Part shown: piece after piece, positions 52,178 through 61,397 of the stretch | Position numbering within the stretch: position 1 is the first letter of the stretch | Layout: every line of letters begins with the position of its first letter | Virus record (IMG/VR): IMGVR_UViG_3300045988_093856 | Span: 1-64,000 of that record | DNA from: a virus | Length of the DNA stretch: 64,000 nt | Strand: one strand, 5' to 3' | The notes under the pieces: generated by a model | The model's input: the letters and a program-made list of their open reading frames with translations, nothing else | Told to the model about the DNA's origin: nothing | Databases searched by the model: none | Made by a program: the position numbers and the translations under genes

Positions 52178-52736
52178 GCCCTCGCACCGCCTTTAACATT
52201 GAAATTCTATCAACAAGCACATCTATCGTAGTATTGAGCTGATTGATTTTAATGCACTGATCCTGATATTTGTCGTAGATAAAGGAGTTCGAGTCTTTGT
52301 CTTTTTCCAATTCCTCAATCCTTTTCTTTAATTTCTCAGTACAAGCCTTCGCTTCATCGGCTGTTTTCTGCAAAATCTCATTTTCCTTTGTCAGCACATC
52401 TATTCTCTTTTCCAATTCTGCTACATTCGCGTCCGCCATTGGTTCCTTTTCCTCCGTTTCCTCAATCCCCAATATGGTTTTCATACCTTTCAGGGACACA
52501 TGGTATGCCTTGGCGAGAGCGGCTACACTTTCGCCATTTTGGTATTTCTCTGTGATTTCATCCGATTTTGTGGAAACATCCACGCCATTCGTATTGAAAA
52601 TCCGCAGATAGCCGCCCTCTGTCAATATTTCAATGATTGTCTCTTTACTGCAGGCGTTAAGGTCTGCAAGAATGGGTATCTGCCGCTTATGGTTCTTCGC
52701 GGCTTTGTAGTCCCGCAAAATCTGTCCTTTATCCAT
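52170..52736 (-). CDS. Coiled-coil protein (188 aa)
   Basis: ORF with a heptad-rich C-terminal half. Confidence 0.5.
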   Translation of the reverse strand: MDKGQILRDYKAAKNHKRQIPILADLNACSKETIIEILTEGGYLRIFNTNGVDVSTKSDEITEKYQNGESVAALAKAYHVSLKGMKTILGIEETEEKEPMADANVAELEKRIDVLTKENEILQKTADEAKACTEKLKKRIEELEKDKDSNSFIYDKYQDQCIKINQLNTTIDVLVDRISMLKAVRGHE

Positions 52737-52747
52737 TCTTGCCCTCC

Positions 52748-53335
52748 TTATTTACCCCCCCCCACAGTGAGAAGATCGTCATAGATTGCCTTGATTACCT
52801 CGGCATCGTACAATGCGTTGTGTTTCTGACCTTTCGGCAAAGAAATTCCTCTATTTGTCAGCAATTCCTCTCTCGAAAAGTCAAAAGCCTCTGCCTCTGA
52901 TATATCCAACACCATTGCAATGTCCTGGGTAATATCATGGCAAAACGGATTGATATAATCCGGCAGCAACACCGCTCCGTCCGCAAGCAGATCACACAGT
53001 AGAACCATATCGTAGTGACATACATCGGACACAAACTGAATATCATCCTTGAAGTTATCGAGCCATTCGAGCAATTCCACTCTCACATCGTTTTTGCTTC
53101 CAAGAACAACCGTTGTCATGCCGTCCTCTCCAAGCGTTTTTGCAAGTTCCTCATTCCCACTCAGGATCAGATGGTCGAGTACATTCTTCTCAATCCATTC
53201 GTCACACTGCGTATCATCAAAATCCGTCAGCTCTGCGTAGAAGCGTTCCCCCTCGTCTGAGATAAAACCGATACTAACAAGGGTTGTCCCTTTGTGGAGC
53301 CCGGTAAATTCTGTGCCAAAGAATATTCGTCTCAT
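52748..53335 (-). CDS. DEDD-type 3'-5' exonuclease
   Basis: FFGTEFTGL (Exo I) and HNALYDAEV (Exo III, DEDDh). Confidence 0.7.
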   Translation of the reverse strand: MRRIFFGTEFTGLHKGTTLVSIGFISDEGERFYAELTDFDDTQCDEWIEKNVLDHLILSGNEELAKTLGEDGMTTVVLGSKNDVRVELLEWLDNFKDDIQFVSDVCHYDMVLLCDLLADGAVLLPDYINPFCHDITQDIAMVLDISEAEAFDFSREELLTNRGISLPKGQKHNALYDAEVIKAIYDDLLTVGGGK

Positions 53336-53628
53336 TCTGTTACCTCCCCTGTATCTTCGGGTGTTTCCTCGGTGGGTTCTCCTGTGATTTCTTCCGTGGT
53401 TCCCGCATCTTCGACAGGCGCATCCGAAACAAGGATTACAATTACTTCCGCATGGAGGATAAAGACTTTCACGGAATACTTATCTACTTCCTTATCCAGA
53501 ATTTCATCCTTGATGGCATTGTAATTGTCACTTGGGAATGTTACTGTGGGGTTTTCATCCTCCGCAGAGGCAAACACATTCATGGTTATAGAGCCATCGT
53601 AGCTCTCAGCCAGCTCTCTTAGTGTCAT
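53332..53628 (-). CDS. Hypothetical acidic protein (98 aa)
   Basis: ORF only. Confidence 0.45.
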   Translation of the reverse strand: MTLRELAESYDGSITMNVFASAEDENPTVTFPSDNYNAIKDEILDKEVDKYSVKVFILHAEVIVILVSDAPVEDAGTTEEITGEPTEETPEDTGEVTE

Positions 53629-53631
53629 AGA

Positions 53632-54561
53632 TTATTCCTCCGTTTTCTTTGCTTTCTTGGCAGCTTTCTTAGCCGCTTTCTCACGTTCTGCCATTCCCGG
53701 AATGAATTTACGGAATACATTATTGTAATTGCCCTCGTTGCCGAAATACTTCTTTACGATAGCCATAGCCAGACCAGCTTCCTCGGAATAGGTATCGCAC
53801 TTTCTCGCGCGGCGCACGGTTACTTCCTTGCCGTCCACGATCTTCTTCTTGATCTCTGCGTTATCCATGCAGTTTACAACGGTTTTTGTACCATCCGTCC
53901 AGAATACAATCGTTGCCGGGTTCTGGAAGATAACTTCCTTGATGCCGTAATTGCCGGATGCTCGCTTAGATATTCTCACGGTAAGCTCCTGACTCGAAAT
54001 ATCATAAGGGCAACCCACAATACGCTCTACTTTACCCTCATAGGTCTTTCCGTCCTCACACTTAATAGTTACTTCTTTGATTTTTCTTGCGTTCAAGCTC
54101 ATTTCCATGCTCTCGTCCTCTTTCTCTCCTAAATCTCTTAAAATTGCTCTTGTGCTGCTTTCTCCCGGAAACAGTTCAGCCGGTATGCCGATAGCATTAT
54201 AGAGATGCCATTGCAGCATCTGTTCCATTTGCAAACGAGCATAGGTCGCTTCTGCTTCTAATCCCGTAGCGGTTACTTCGGATGCCGCCGGGTTCTCCCA
54301 CCATTTTGGTTTTTCTATGGCTATGGTAGGCGGTTCAAAATTGGGTTTCATTTTCTCACTCCGAAACGCCGGCCATACTCCGCCGCGGCCATAATTCAGA
54401 TAATCTTTCGCCAGGAGTTCCGGCGGCTTCCCTATGGGGGCTATTAAATGTCTCCGTTTCGGTTTCCCACATAATTCCTCCCATGCGTGTTCTAAGGCTT
54501 CTTTAGCCGCATCATCCGCCATTTCCAACATGATCGGTGGGGAAAATGGTTTCTTATCCAT
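53632..54561 (-). CDS. Hypothetical protein (309 aa)
   Basis: The C-terminal VIFQNPATIVFWTDGTKTVV...GLAMAIVKKYFGN pattern recurs in Firmicutes phage and plasmid proteins of unknown function. Confidence 0.55.
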   Translation of the reverse strand: MDKKPFSPPIMLEMADDAAKEALEHAWEELCGKPKRRHLIAPIGKPPELLAKDYLNYGRGGVWPAFRSEKMKPNFEPPTIAIEKPKWWENPAASEVTATGLEAEATYARLQMEQMLQWHLYNAIGIPAELFPGESSTRAILRDLGEKEDESMEMSLNARKIKEVTIKCEDGKTYEGKVERIVGCPYDISSQELTVRISKRASGNYGIKEVIFQNPATIVFWTDGTKTVVNCMDNAEIKKKIVDGKEVTVRRARKCDTYSEEAGLAMAIVKKYFGNEGNYNNVFRKFIPGMAEREKAAKKAAKKAKKTEE

Positions 54562-54615
54562 GGTGTTTTCCTCCTTCTTTGATTTTTTATGATTAAAGGC
54601 ACTGCCCTTAATTTC

Positions 54616-54906
54616 CTACTCAATATCAATATCCAACGGTATTCCCCGGCGGCTTGATACCTCGATCTCTCCGCTTTGGAGTTCTGCCAGTCTCTCAACG
54701 CAATCTTCGTCTGATTCATAGCCGGAGCAGAATACCATATTGTCCGGTCCTCTCCATTTCTCTTTTAGGTCGATAATTGTGTATAAGACCGTATGATACA
54801 GATTGATTGGTTTTGTGCAGATTATGAAACGCTCGTCTCTCGTGCGCACCCTATAAGGCTTTTTCTCATTAGGGAAATAGACTTTATCGCCTACGTTGAC
54901 TTTCAT
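54616..54906 (-). CDS. Hypothetical protein (96 aa)
   Basis: ORF only. Confidence 0.5.
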   Translation of the reverse strand: MKVNVGDKVYFPNEKKPYRVRTRDERFIICTKPINLYHTVLYTIIDLKEKWRGPDNMVFCSGYESDEDCVERLAELQSGEIEVSSRRGIPLDIDIE

Positions 54907-54933
54907 GCCTTAATCCTCCTTCTCGGTGTCGTT

Positions 54934-55212
54934 TTATACTTCTATCATCGTGAATTTATGCTTAACCACTGCATTTCCATCGCACGCAACCAGAGAATGT
55001 ATCTCAGCCTCTCCCAGATATACTTGATAGGTAATTCCTTGTATGGTTAATTCTCCGAGACGTACCTTATCTTCAAACTTAACACGGATATTTCCAACAT
55101 CTTTGCATACCGATCCGCAACATTTACATATATCTCCGTCTACTTTCGATCCGCAATGCAAGCATATTTTCGGTTTTCTATGAGACTGCTTTTTACTCCC
55201 TAAGAATTTCAT
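54934..55212 (-). CDS. Zinc-ribbon protein (about 92 aa)
   Basis: CLHCG...CKCCG. Start moved to MKFLGS (55212). Confidence 0.45.
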   Translation of the reverse strand: MKFLGSKKQSHRKPKICLHCGSKVDGDICKCCGSVCKDVGNIRVKFEDKVRLGELTIQGITYQVYLGEAEIHSLVACDGNAVVKHKFTMIEV

Positions 55213-55384
55213 AAATCGTACCTTCACACTCTTTCGGGGCCATGGTTCCCCATCCATTCGGTTTCCGAAGCTCGTAATGATCGCCCTTATCTTCGGCAGA
55301 AAGTATCTCTCCCTCGTCAATCGTCATTGTCAGGTCGTTTTCAATGTCATTTACCTGGATGTTCTGTAAAAATCTTGCTTTCAC
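55193..55384 (-). CDS. Hypothetical protein (63 aa)
   Basis: ORF only. Confidence 0.45.
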   Translation of the reverse strand: MKARFLQNIQVNDIENDLTMTIDEGEILSAEDKGDHYELRKPNGWGTMAPKECEGTIYEILRE

Positions 55385-55386
55385 TG

Positions 55387-55620
55387 TTATGCCTCCTTTT
55401 TCGTGATTACTCTGATCCGGCTAAGTGGAAACTGCTCTACCTTGCCATCGTCGAGAATAACCACTGCCTTTGTGCCAAACAGATTTGTTATTGTGCCTAT
55501 CCATTCGCCCTTTTGCCTTTTGCAATGAGAACAATCTGGAATTTGGTCGTACATTTCTGCAATATCGCTACAGGTTTTGCAGTCTGAATAACTTCTCTCT
55601 ATCTCTACTCGCTTTGTCAT
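55387..55620 (-). CDS. Hypothetical Cys-containing protein (77 aa)
   Basis: ORF only. Confidence 0.45.
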   Translation of the reverse strand: MTKRVEIERSYSDCKTCSDIAEMYDQIPDCSHCKRQKGEWIGTITNLFGTKAVVILDDGKVEQFPLSRIRVITKKEA

Positions 55621-55672
55621 ATTATCCTTTCCAAGCCGTAAGGCTTCGCCGCTATGTGAAATTTTGCCCTTT

Positions 55673-55942
55673 TTATTTTTCGGGGAATTTTTGAGATTGG
55701 AGTTTTGGTTTGAAATCCGGTTCTCCGTGGCAATTTCGCACGCAAGTCAAATTGTCAGCTATATCTCTCGGTATCATTCCGCCCCTTGCCTTGCAACTTA
55801 GCACCGGCCCGCCATTGTCTATGAGCTTGTCGCAGTTTGCGCATACCGGCTTTACCCCACTGTGCCATATCTCATTCATTCTCTTTCGATGCAATTCCTC
55901 TTGTAATTCTTTTGGAATTTCTATTATCCTTGTGAAATCCAT
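55673..55942 (-). CDS. Hypothetical protein (89 aa)
   Basis: ORF only. Confidence 0.45.
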   Translation of the reverse strand: MDFTRIIEIPKELQEELHRKRMNEIWHSGVKPVCANCDKLIDNGGPVLSCKARGGMIPRDIADNLTCVRNCHGEPDFKPKLQSQKFPEK

Positions 55943-55978
55943 TCCTTCTCCTTATGAGGCGTAAGCCTCCGCCGATTT

Positions 55979-56230
55979 TTAATTTTTGCCACTTATCATC
56001 TCCGCAAAGAGACTACATCTTTGATTGAGCGCGTAGTTTTCGTCTGCGAGCATATTAACCATCAGCCGCAATCCCTCAACCTCTGTTAGTTCTCCGCGCC
56101 CTATCGTTTGCAGCACCCCAAAAATCAATTCGTTTCTGCATATGTTGTCGAACGTAATTCCCTGAGTATATTCTTCCAGACGATTACTGATGAATGACAT
56201 ATTATCTTTTGGCGATACATTATTTCCCAT
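55979..56230 (-). CDS. Hypothetical protein (83 aa)
   Basis: ORF only. Confidence 0.45.
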   Translation of the reverse strand: MGNNVSPKDNMSFISNRLEEYTQGITFDNICRNELIFGVLQTIGRGELTEVEGLRLMVNMLADENYALNQRCSLFAEMISGKN

Positions 56231-56561
56231 GTTCTCTCTCCATGCCGTAAGGCATCCGTTACTTTTAATTTTGGGAGTTTTGTAAATTCCCGACTTGTCA
56301 TTTGTTCTTTGAACTCCGTGTTTATACTCATTTTGTAAATTGCGGAGTTTACTGCAATCGGATTTTTTGCTGTTTTAAGAAACGGGTGGTTTTTGGCTTT
56401 TTAATTTTTGGGGAACTCAGAGGGGTGAGTTGCCCCTGATCCGCTCCGCTCCAAACCCCCGCCCCAGGGTGCCAGGACCAGCCCAGCCGCCGGAGCTGTT
56501 GCGGCTCTGCATCCGTCCGAGTTCGTAAAAGTAAAAGAAAACGAACCGCAAAACGCCCATT

Positions 56562-57203
56562 TTACAACATTTCGTCGAGATCGTCCCCCTCTGCCGGATC
56601 TTTTCCACTCATGGCGGCGGGTAATCTCTTTATAATGTCCGCCTTTTCCGGCAGTTCTGCGCCCTGTCTGCCTACATTCAGATCAATTTTCTGTGGTGCT
56701 TGTGTGTAACCGTGGTTATTATTAAAATCTGTCGCAAATACGATCGCCGGGATCTTGCCGGAAAATGCAAGTTGTTTCTTGTATGCTGCAATGCCGGTCT
56801 TAAACCTTTTTATGGTGTCGGAATACTCGCCCGGGCGGGTTCTTTCCCAATCATTCAAAGTATCGCGAGAAATTCCGGCGAAACTACAAAAGCCCTCAAT
56901 GTCGGGGATCAGCCGCACACCCTCCGCCGCCCTATCTCTAATATACAAAATATACTTTTCGGCTATATCTCGAAACTCTTCCACGGTTTCCAACTTCCGA
57001 GGCCGTCCCCCTTTCCTTTCTACCGTTTCACCGGTTGCCGTTTCCTCCGTCTGCAAGAATCCCTTTAGAAATACATCGCAAAGCGCTTGCGTCTGTTCTG
57101 CGTCTGTGGGTTCGTAATCGCGCCCCTCCTGGAATCTTCTATAGTTTTGCTTCCTTACTCCGTTTTCGTCCCTTGTGTTTGTCTCTTTCTTTCTCTCTGC
57201 CAT
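56562..57203 (-). CDS. terS: Terminase small subunit
   Basis: IPDIEGFCSFAGISRDTLNDWE...YSDTIKRFKTGIAAYKKQL...IFATDFNNNHGY matches the common Firmicutes phage TerS pattern. Confidence 0.65.
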   Translation of the reverse strand: MAERKKETNTRDENGVRKQNYRRFQEGRDYEPTDAEQTQALCDVFLKGFLQTEETATGETVERKGGRPRKLETVEEFRDIAEKYILYIRDRAAEGVRLIPDIEGFCSFAGISRDTLNDWERTRPGEYSDTIKRFKTGIAAYKKQLAFSGKIPAIVFATDFNNNHGYTQAPQKIDLNVGRQGAELPEKADIIKRLPAAMSGKDPAEGDDLDEML

Positions 57204-57333
57204 CTCTGCGCCCTTTCTCCTTTCCCGCCCTCTGTGGCTCTCTCATGCGCTCATAGGGGCAAAATAAAAAGGGCATCGGGAAAAGCTGCGCTTGCTTCTC
57301 TCAATGCCCTACAATCTACTTTTTCGGCTAACT

Positions 57334-57561
57334 CTATTTATTTTTATCTGCTCCGCCCTCCGGCGGTTCTTTTACTTCTATTTCGATGGTACAACCAAGC
57401 GCGGCGGCGTAGTCTCTCATTTCGGCGGTTGTAAAATCGCTATTTTTTAGGCGGTTGTTTACGTTCTGGCGGCTCTTTCCCAACCTCTGCGCCAACTCTG
57501 CCACCGTTACGCCCTGGCGCTTCATTATAACGGCGATCTGTTCATTAAAAGATAATTGCAC
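57334..57561 (-). CDS. Small XRE-type HTH regulator, first gene of the leftward operon
   Basis: GVTVAELAQRLGKSRQNVNNRL. Start moved to the GTG at 57561, 7 nt after AAGGAGG. Confidence 0.65.
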   Translation of the reverse strand: MQLSFNEQIAVIMKRQGVTVAELAQRLGKSRQNVNNRLKNSDFTTAEMRDYAAALGCTIEIEVKEPPEGGADKNK

Positions 57562-57597
57562 CGGCTCGCCCTCCTTTCGTGCGGTCTTTACTTCTCT

Positions 57598-57626
57598 ACT
57601 ATATAAGAAATAGCGCCCCTTGTCAA
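57598..57626 (-). promoter_or_regulatory. Candidate promoter for the HTH/terS operon
   Basis: Minus strand: TTGACA (57621-57626), 17 nt spacer, TATAGT (57598-57603). It overlaps a direct repeat, TGTCAAGTNTNCACTTTAC, found at 57618-57642 and 57671-57695. Confidence 0.5.
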
Positions 57627-57765
57627 GTCTGCACTTTACCACTTGCGGATTTCTCCGGCGTTTTCTGTCAATCTGTCAAGTGTACACTTTACACAAAAAC
57701 CGCCCTTGTTTCTGTCTAGTCGGCTATACACTTTTCACAAATCGCAGAAAATAGCAATTTATCGC

Positions 57766-57794
57766 TTGACATTGTAAAGTCTAGGCGATACAAT
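57766..57794 (+). promoter_or_regulatory. Candidate rightward promoter
   Basis: TTGACA (57766-57771), 17 nt spacer, TACAAT (57789-57794). Confidence 0.55.
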
Positions 57795-58129
57795 ACAATC
57801 AACAAGAACGAACACGGAACGAAAACAACGAACCGCCAAACGTTCAGCATAACAAACAAGCACGGACAGGGGCGCACGGTGTACCCCAAAAGAACAACGT
57901 ACCGCAGACCGGACCAAGGGCACCACCCGGACCAAGGCAACAGCGGCGCGGCACTTATTAAGACGAGACCGACAAACCGCCACCCGTTCAGAGCTTGAAA
58001 AAGCAACCAATAAAAAGGGCGATCCGCTACACCTACCAAGCAACACGGACCGCCGCCACCCCTCCGGGGCTTGTCTCCTATTATAACAGGCTTTCCCGGA
58101 TGGAACAACAGAAAAGAGAGGGAAAAACC
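57795..58129 (+). other. About 330-nt T-poor, A/C-rich untranslated leader or ncRNA
   Basis: Strong strand-compositional skew seen by eye. Internal repeats: ACCGCCA(A/C)(A/C)CGTTCAG twice and CCGGACCAAGG twice. The antisense ORFs listed here are Cys/Leu-rich artefacts. Confidence 0.45.
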
Positions 58130-58534
58130 ATGACAAACGCAAAAGCAATTATTGAATCGCTGAAATTCACAGCAACAAAGGCAGAGGAACAAAAGGACCT
58201 TTTTACACCGTCCCACGTTCTTTATAAATGCCGCATTATTAACCCGGCAAATAACCGCCGCTACACCTTTAGCTATCAGTGCAACCCGACAGCAACCCAC
58301 AAGCCAACAAAAGAAGATTGTTTATATTGTCTTTTGTCCGATGCTTCAAGCGTGGACTATTGCCAGGATGAAGCCGACTTTTTAGTAGAGTTCGGATATA
58401 TTGACGGCGGCGCGGAACAGGTGCGCAAAGGATTAAAAGCCTTTAAGGCTTGCCAAAAAACCGCGAAAGCTATTGATCGACTTTTCACAGAGGAAGAGAA
58501 AGCCGCACTTGAAAAGCATTTTGAAAACTACTAA
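58130..58534 (+). CDS. Hypothetical protein (134 aa)
   Basis: Start MTNAKAI follows GAGAGGGAAAAACC. Confidence 0.55.
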   Translation: MTNAKAIIESLKFTATKAEEQKDLFTPSHVLYKCRIINPANNRRYTFSYQCNPTATHKPTKEDCLYCLLSDASSVDYCQDEADFLVEFGYIDGGAEQVRKGLKAFKACQKTAKAIDRLFTEEEKAALEKHFENY

Positions 58535-58598
58535 TTGACAACACGAGGTGCAGCCCCTCCGGGGGCTTCCCTCTCTAAATAATAGGAGGCGTTATATT

Positions 58599-58871
58599 AT
58601 GATGACATTATCAGAGGCAAAAGCCATTTATGGAACCGGAAGCGGTCACTTTTTCGACCGTGACACTATGAAATATTGGGGATCTCGTATTGAATCCGCA
58701 TTGTATAAAAATCGTTGTTTTGTTACAAGTGAATTGAATTTTGACGGAAGCCGCCGCGCGTACACCGTCCGCCGCTTTTCTCCTGATTTTCTCCACGTTG
58801 AGACGGTCGGAGAATTTCAGGAACACGCTACAAAGTACGGAGCAAGAGAGGCCGCAAAGGAGGTTGTATAA
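58599..58871 (+). CDS. Hypothetical protein (90 aa)
   Basis: Start follows AGGAGG. Confidence 0.55.
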   Translation: MMTLSEAKAIYGTGSGHFFDRDTMKYWGSRIESALYKNRCFVTSELNFDGSRRAYTVRRFSPDFLHVETVGEFQEHATKYGAREAAKEVV

Positions 58872-58875
58872 AACT

Positions 58876-59289
58876 ATGAAAGAATTTATGTATTGTTTCC
58901 AGATTTCAAAAATGATCGTTTTCGAGGTTGAATATTATACACTAGGCAGCAACAAAGCGCCGTATTTTTCCACTAGTGCGGCGAAGTTTATCAGATCAAA
59001 GCGCGATTATAGCACATGCGGACAAGCACAATCCGCCCTTCTCCCTAAAGGAAGCCCGGCGCGCCGGTTCTGGCAAAAATGGAACCCGTTACACCTTAAA
59101 GACCTAACCCCGGCAGAATATGAGGAAATGACCGCCGATATTGAACAGCTAAAAGCCAGGTACAACTATATTGAGGATGTGCGCGACTGTTTCGGACAGT
59201 CTGCCGGATGTTACAAGACACATATTCCATTTTATGAGGTTGTGGAGCTTTCCAAGCAGACACCAAAGGCAAAACAGAAAACAGCATAA
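58876..59289 (+). CDS. Hypothetical protein (137 aa)
   Basis: ORF only. Confidence 0.5.
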   Translation: MKEFMYCFQISKMIVFEVEYYTLGSNKAPYFSTSAAKFIRSKRDYSTCGQAQSALLPKGSPARRFWQKWNPLHLKDLTPAEYEEMTADIEQLKARYNYIEDVRDCFGQSAGCYKTHIPFYEVVELSKQTPKAKQKTA

Positions 59290-59366
59290 ACCGAGGGCGG
59301 GCGGGTTTGCCGCTCCCCTCTCCCCTCTCTATTGGGGGCATATATTGAAATGTGGAGGCTTTAGAA

Positions 59367-59681
59367 ATGTTATCAATGACTTTTGGAAATTATCAAAAAG
59401 ACCCTTTCACGGGGCAATACTACAACGCCGGGGATCGTACTTTTTCGGTTATGCGTTCCGCCATTGATGAAAATATACTTTTGTTTGATCGTGGCGGTTT
59501 TATTAAGTCCGTGCGAGTTGTGGACCAGGGCGGCGGCTTTGTATATCAGTTTAGAAAGAAATTCATAAACGCCAACGGAGGCGCAGCCGGTTTATATAAC
59601 TTTCTGGAGAGAGAAAGCAAAACGCCCGGCGGCGGTTTCTTCCTCACAGTTTGCAATAAAGTATTTGAGTATATGAGTTAA
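59367..59681 (+). CDS. Hypothetical protein (104 aa)
   Basis: Start follows GGAGG. Confidence 0.5.
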   Translation: MLSMTFGNYQKDPFTGQYYNAGDRTFSVMRSAIDENILLFDRGGFIKSVRVVDQGGGFVYQFRKKFINANGGAAGLYNFLERESKTPGGGFFLTVCNKVFEYMS

Positions 59682-59693
59682 GGAGGGCTTGCA

Positions 59694-60038
59694 ATGTCTT
59701 ATAAAGCATTGAATCGAATTGTTACCCTTGAGCATCTGGAAGAGGGACAAATAATTAACATTGAGGAATATATCGAAAAATTGCAGTTTTTCGCGAAATA
59801 TAGCCGGTTTGGTATTGATGGAATTTTCAAGACTGAGGGCACCTATATAACCGAAAAATGCTATATTGAGCATACGGAAACCGGCTTGCACTATTACAAG
59901 TTTAGTACATTGATAAAATTCTTTGAAAAGTTCCGGACCGTGAATCGGTTCGGCAGAAACAAAAAGCAGCTTGTAAAGATAACTTTTGATAAAAACCACA
60001 ATTTGGAATGTGAGAAAGTCGAGGATGTGGAGAAATGA
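59694..60038 (+). CDS. Hypothetical protein (114 aa)
   Basis: ORF only. Confidence 0.5.
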   Translation: MSYKALNRIVTLEHLEEGQIINIEEYIEKLQFFAKYSRFGIDGIFKTEGTYITEKCYIEHTETGLHYYKFSTLIKFFEKFRTVNRFGRNKKQLVKITFDKNHNLECEKVEDVEK

Positions 60039-60277
60039 AAAAACCATTGAATTATATTGTAAAGTACAAAATAAGAACAACCGCCGGAGAAAACCCGGAT
60101 ATAGATGAAATTTATTTCAGCAAGAAAACAGCGGTTACAAGATACCTTGATATATTGGGAGGCTTTATTTTCCCTGGTTCTGGTTCGGGAAGTATTTCGT
60201 CACTTGCAATCTTGCAGGCGTTCAACGATGGGAATATTGAGGATATTACAAGTAAAATAAATAAATTCATCATGTAG
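60035..60277 (+). CDS. Hypothetical protein (80 aa)
   Basis: ORF with overlapping stop/start. Confidence 0.5.
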   Translation: MKKPLNYIVKYKIRTTAGENPDIDEIYFSKKTAVTRYLDILGGFIFPGSGSGSISSLAILQAFNDGNIEDITSKINKFIM

Positions 60278-60291
60278 GAGGATATAAAATC

Positions 60292-60657
60292 ATGAATAAT
60301 ACAGCATTGAGCATTGAGTACGGAATGAGTAGTTTTGAACTGTTGCAGGCTAAAATAGCAAGCCTTGAAGCAACGGAAAAGCGCATGAGCATTGAGGAAG
60401 ATCGCCGCATGGCTGCCATTGATGCAATGGATCGCACTTATAACAATCCATCCACACCACGCCGCACACGTTTTGAGCTTTCTATTGAACTTCCTATACA
60501 GCGTGAGGCATTGAGAAACTATCATAATGAGCGCAGCCGTGTAGCTGCCGAACTCCGGGGATTAAGAACCGCTATTGATCTTATATTGACAGTTTCCAAC
60601 TATGGTGGGGAAGTTACGCAGCAGAACCGCCGGATGATCGAGGCAATATTGAATTGA
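60292..60657 (+). CDS. Hypothetical protein (121 aa)
   Basis: ORF only. Confidence 0.5.
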   Translation: MNNTALSIEYGMSSFELLQAKIASLEATEKRMSIEEDRRMAAIDAMDRTYNNPSTPRRTRFELSIELPIQREALRNYHNERSRVAAELRGLRTAIDLILTVSNYGGEVTQQNRRMIEAILN

Positions 60658-60676
60658 ATTTTGAGGGAGAAAGAGC

Positions 60677-60979
60677 ATGAAATATGTACATTGGCTTAAA
60701 ATAGACGGTTATTCAAAACTTGAAGAAACCGCATCGCAATTTCTTGCGATTGAGAACTATTTGAATCATTATCCGAACTCTAATGCTATGTTATATGAAT
60801 ATGACAGTGGCTCATTTAATTGGATAGTCCGTTTAGAATGTGAACAGTGCTATAACGATTTAGATATTGATGTGAATAGCGGTTCGACAAGATTAAGGAG
60901 GCTTTCATCTAAACCCGTGCGCATTGGTAGGGAGAGGGTCTTTAAGTTTCCAGAGCATTATAGAAAATATCTTAAATAG
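60677..60979 (+). CDS. Hypothetical protein (100 aa)
   Basis: ORF only. Confidence 0.5.
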   Translation: MKYVHWLKIDGYSKLEETASQFLAIENYLNHYPNSNAMLYEYDSGSFNWIVRLECEQCYNDLDIDVNSGSTRLRRLSSKPVRIGRERVFKFPEHYRKYLK

Positions 60980-61046
60980 TTGAAACAACTGAAAAATCGT
61001 TACATTGTAACTCATTGTAACAAGTTGTAATATAGGGGTAACTAAA

Positions 61047-61397
61047 ATGTTGGATTTTGAAAAATTGATTTATAACGATATTAACAAAGAGGAAAAGCCG
61101 GTATTGGTAAACTTTGAATATTCCAAAGAGGCAGGAGACATTGAGAGTATTCTGTTATATGATTTGGGCGAGGATGATGTCCCGGAAGATGATGAAATTG
61201 AAAGCATTGAGTTTGATTTGTATATCTGGAATATGAATAACTTTAATGTGGAATGTACCTTGCACGGTGCCGCTGGGGATTACTTTGTCGGAGATTATAT
61301 TGAGAGTATGCACAATGCTACAGAATGGCTTGAACAGATACCTTCGGACATTCTGGCAGAGATCAAAGCTATTTTCGCAGATAAGGAGGGTATGTAA
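61047..61397 (+). CDS. Hypothetical acidic protein (116 aa)
   Basis: ORF only. Confidence 0.5.
   Translation: MLDFEKLIYNDINKEEKPVLVNFEYSKEAGDIESILLYDLGEDDVPEDDEIESIEFDLYIWNMNNFNVECTLHGAAGDYFVGDYIESMHNATEWLEQIPSDILAEIKAIFADKEGM

Noticed and set aside
57716-58300. 194-aa and 129-aa minus-strand ORFs across the divergent control region.
   Set aside because: They are Cys/Leu/Val-rich translations of the complement of the T-poor leader. They span two predicted promoters and overlap the start of a plus-strand gene, so they are composition artefacts.
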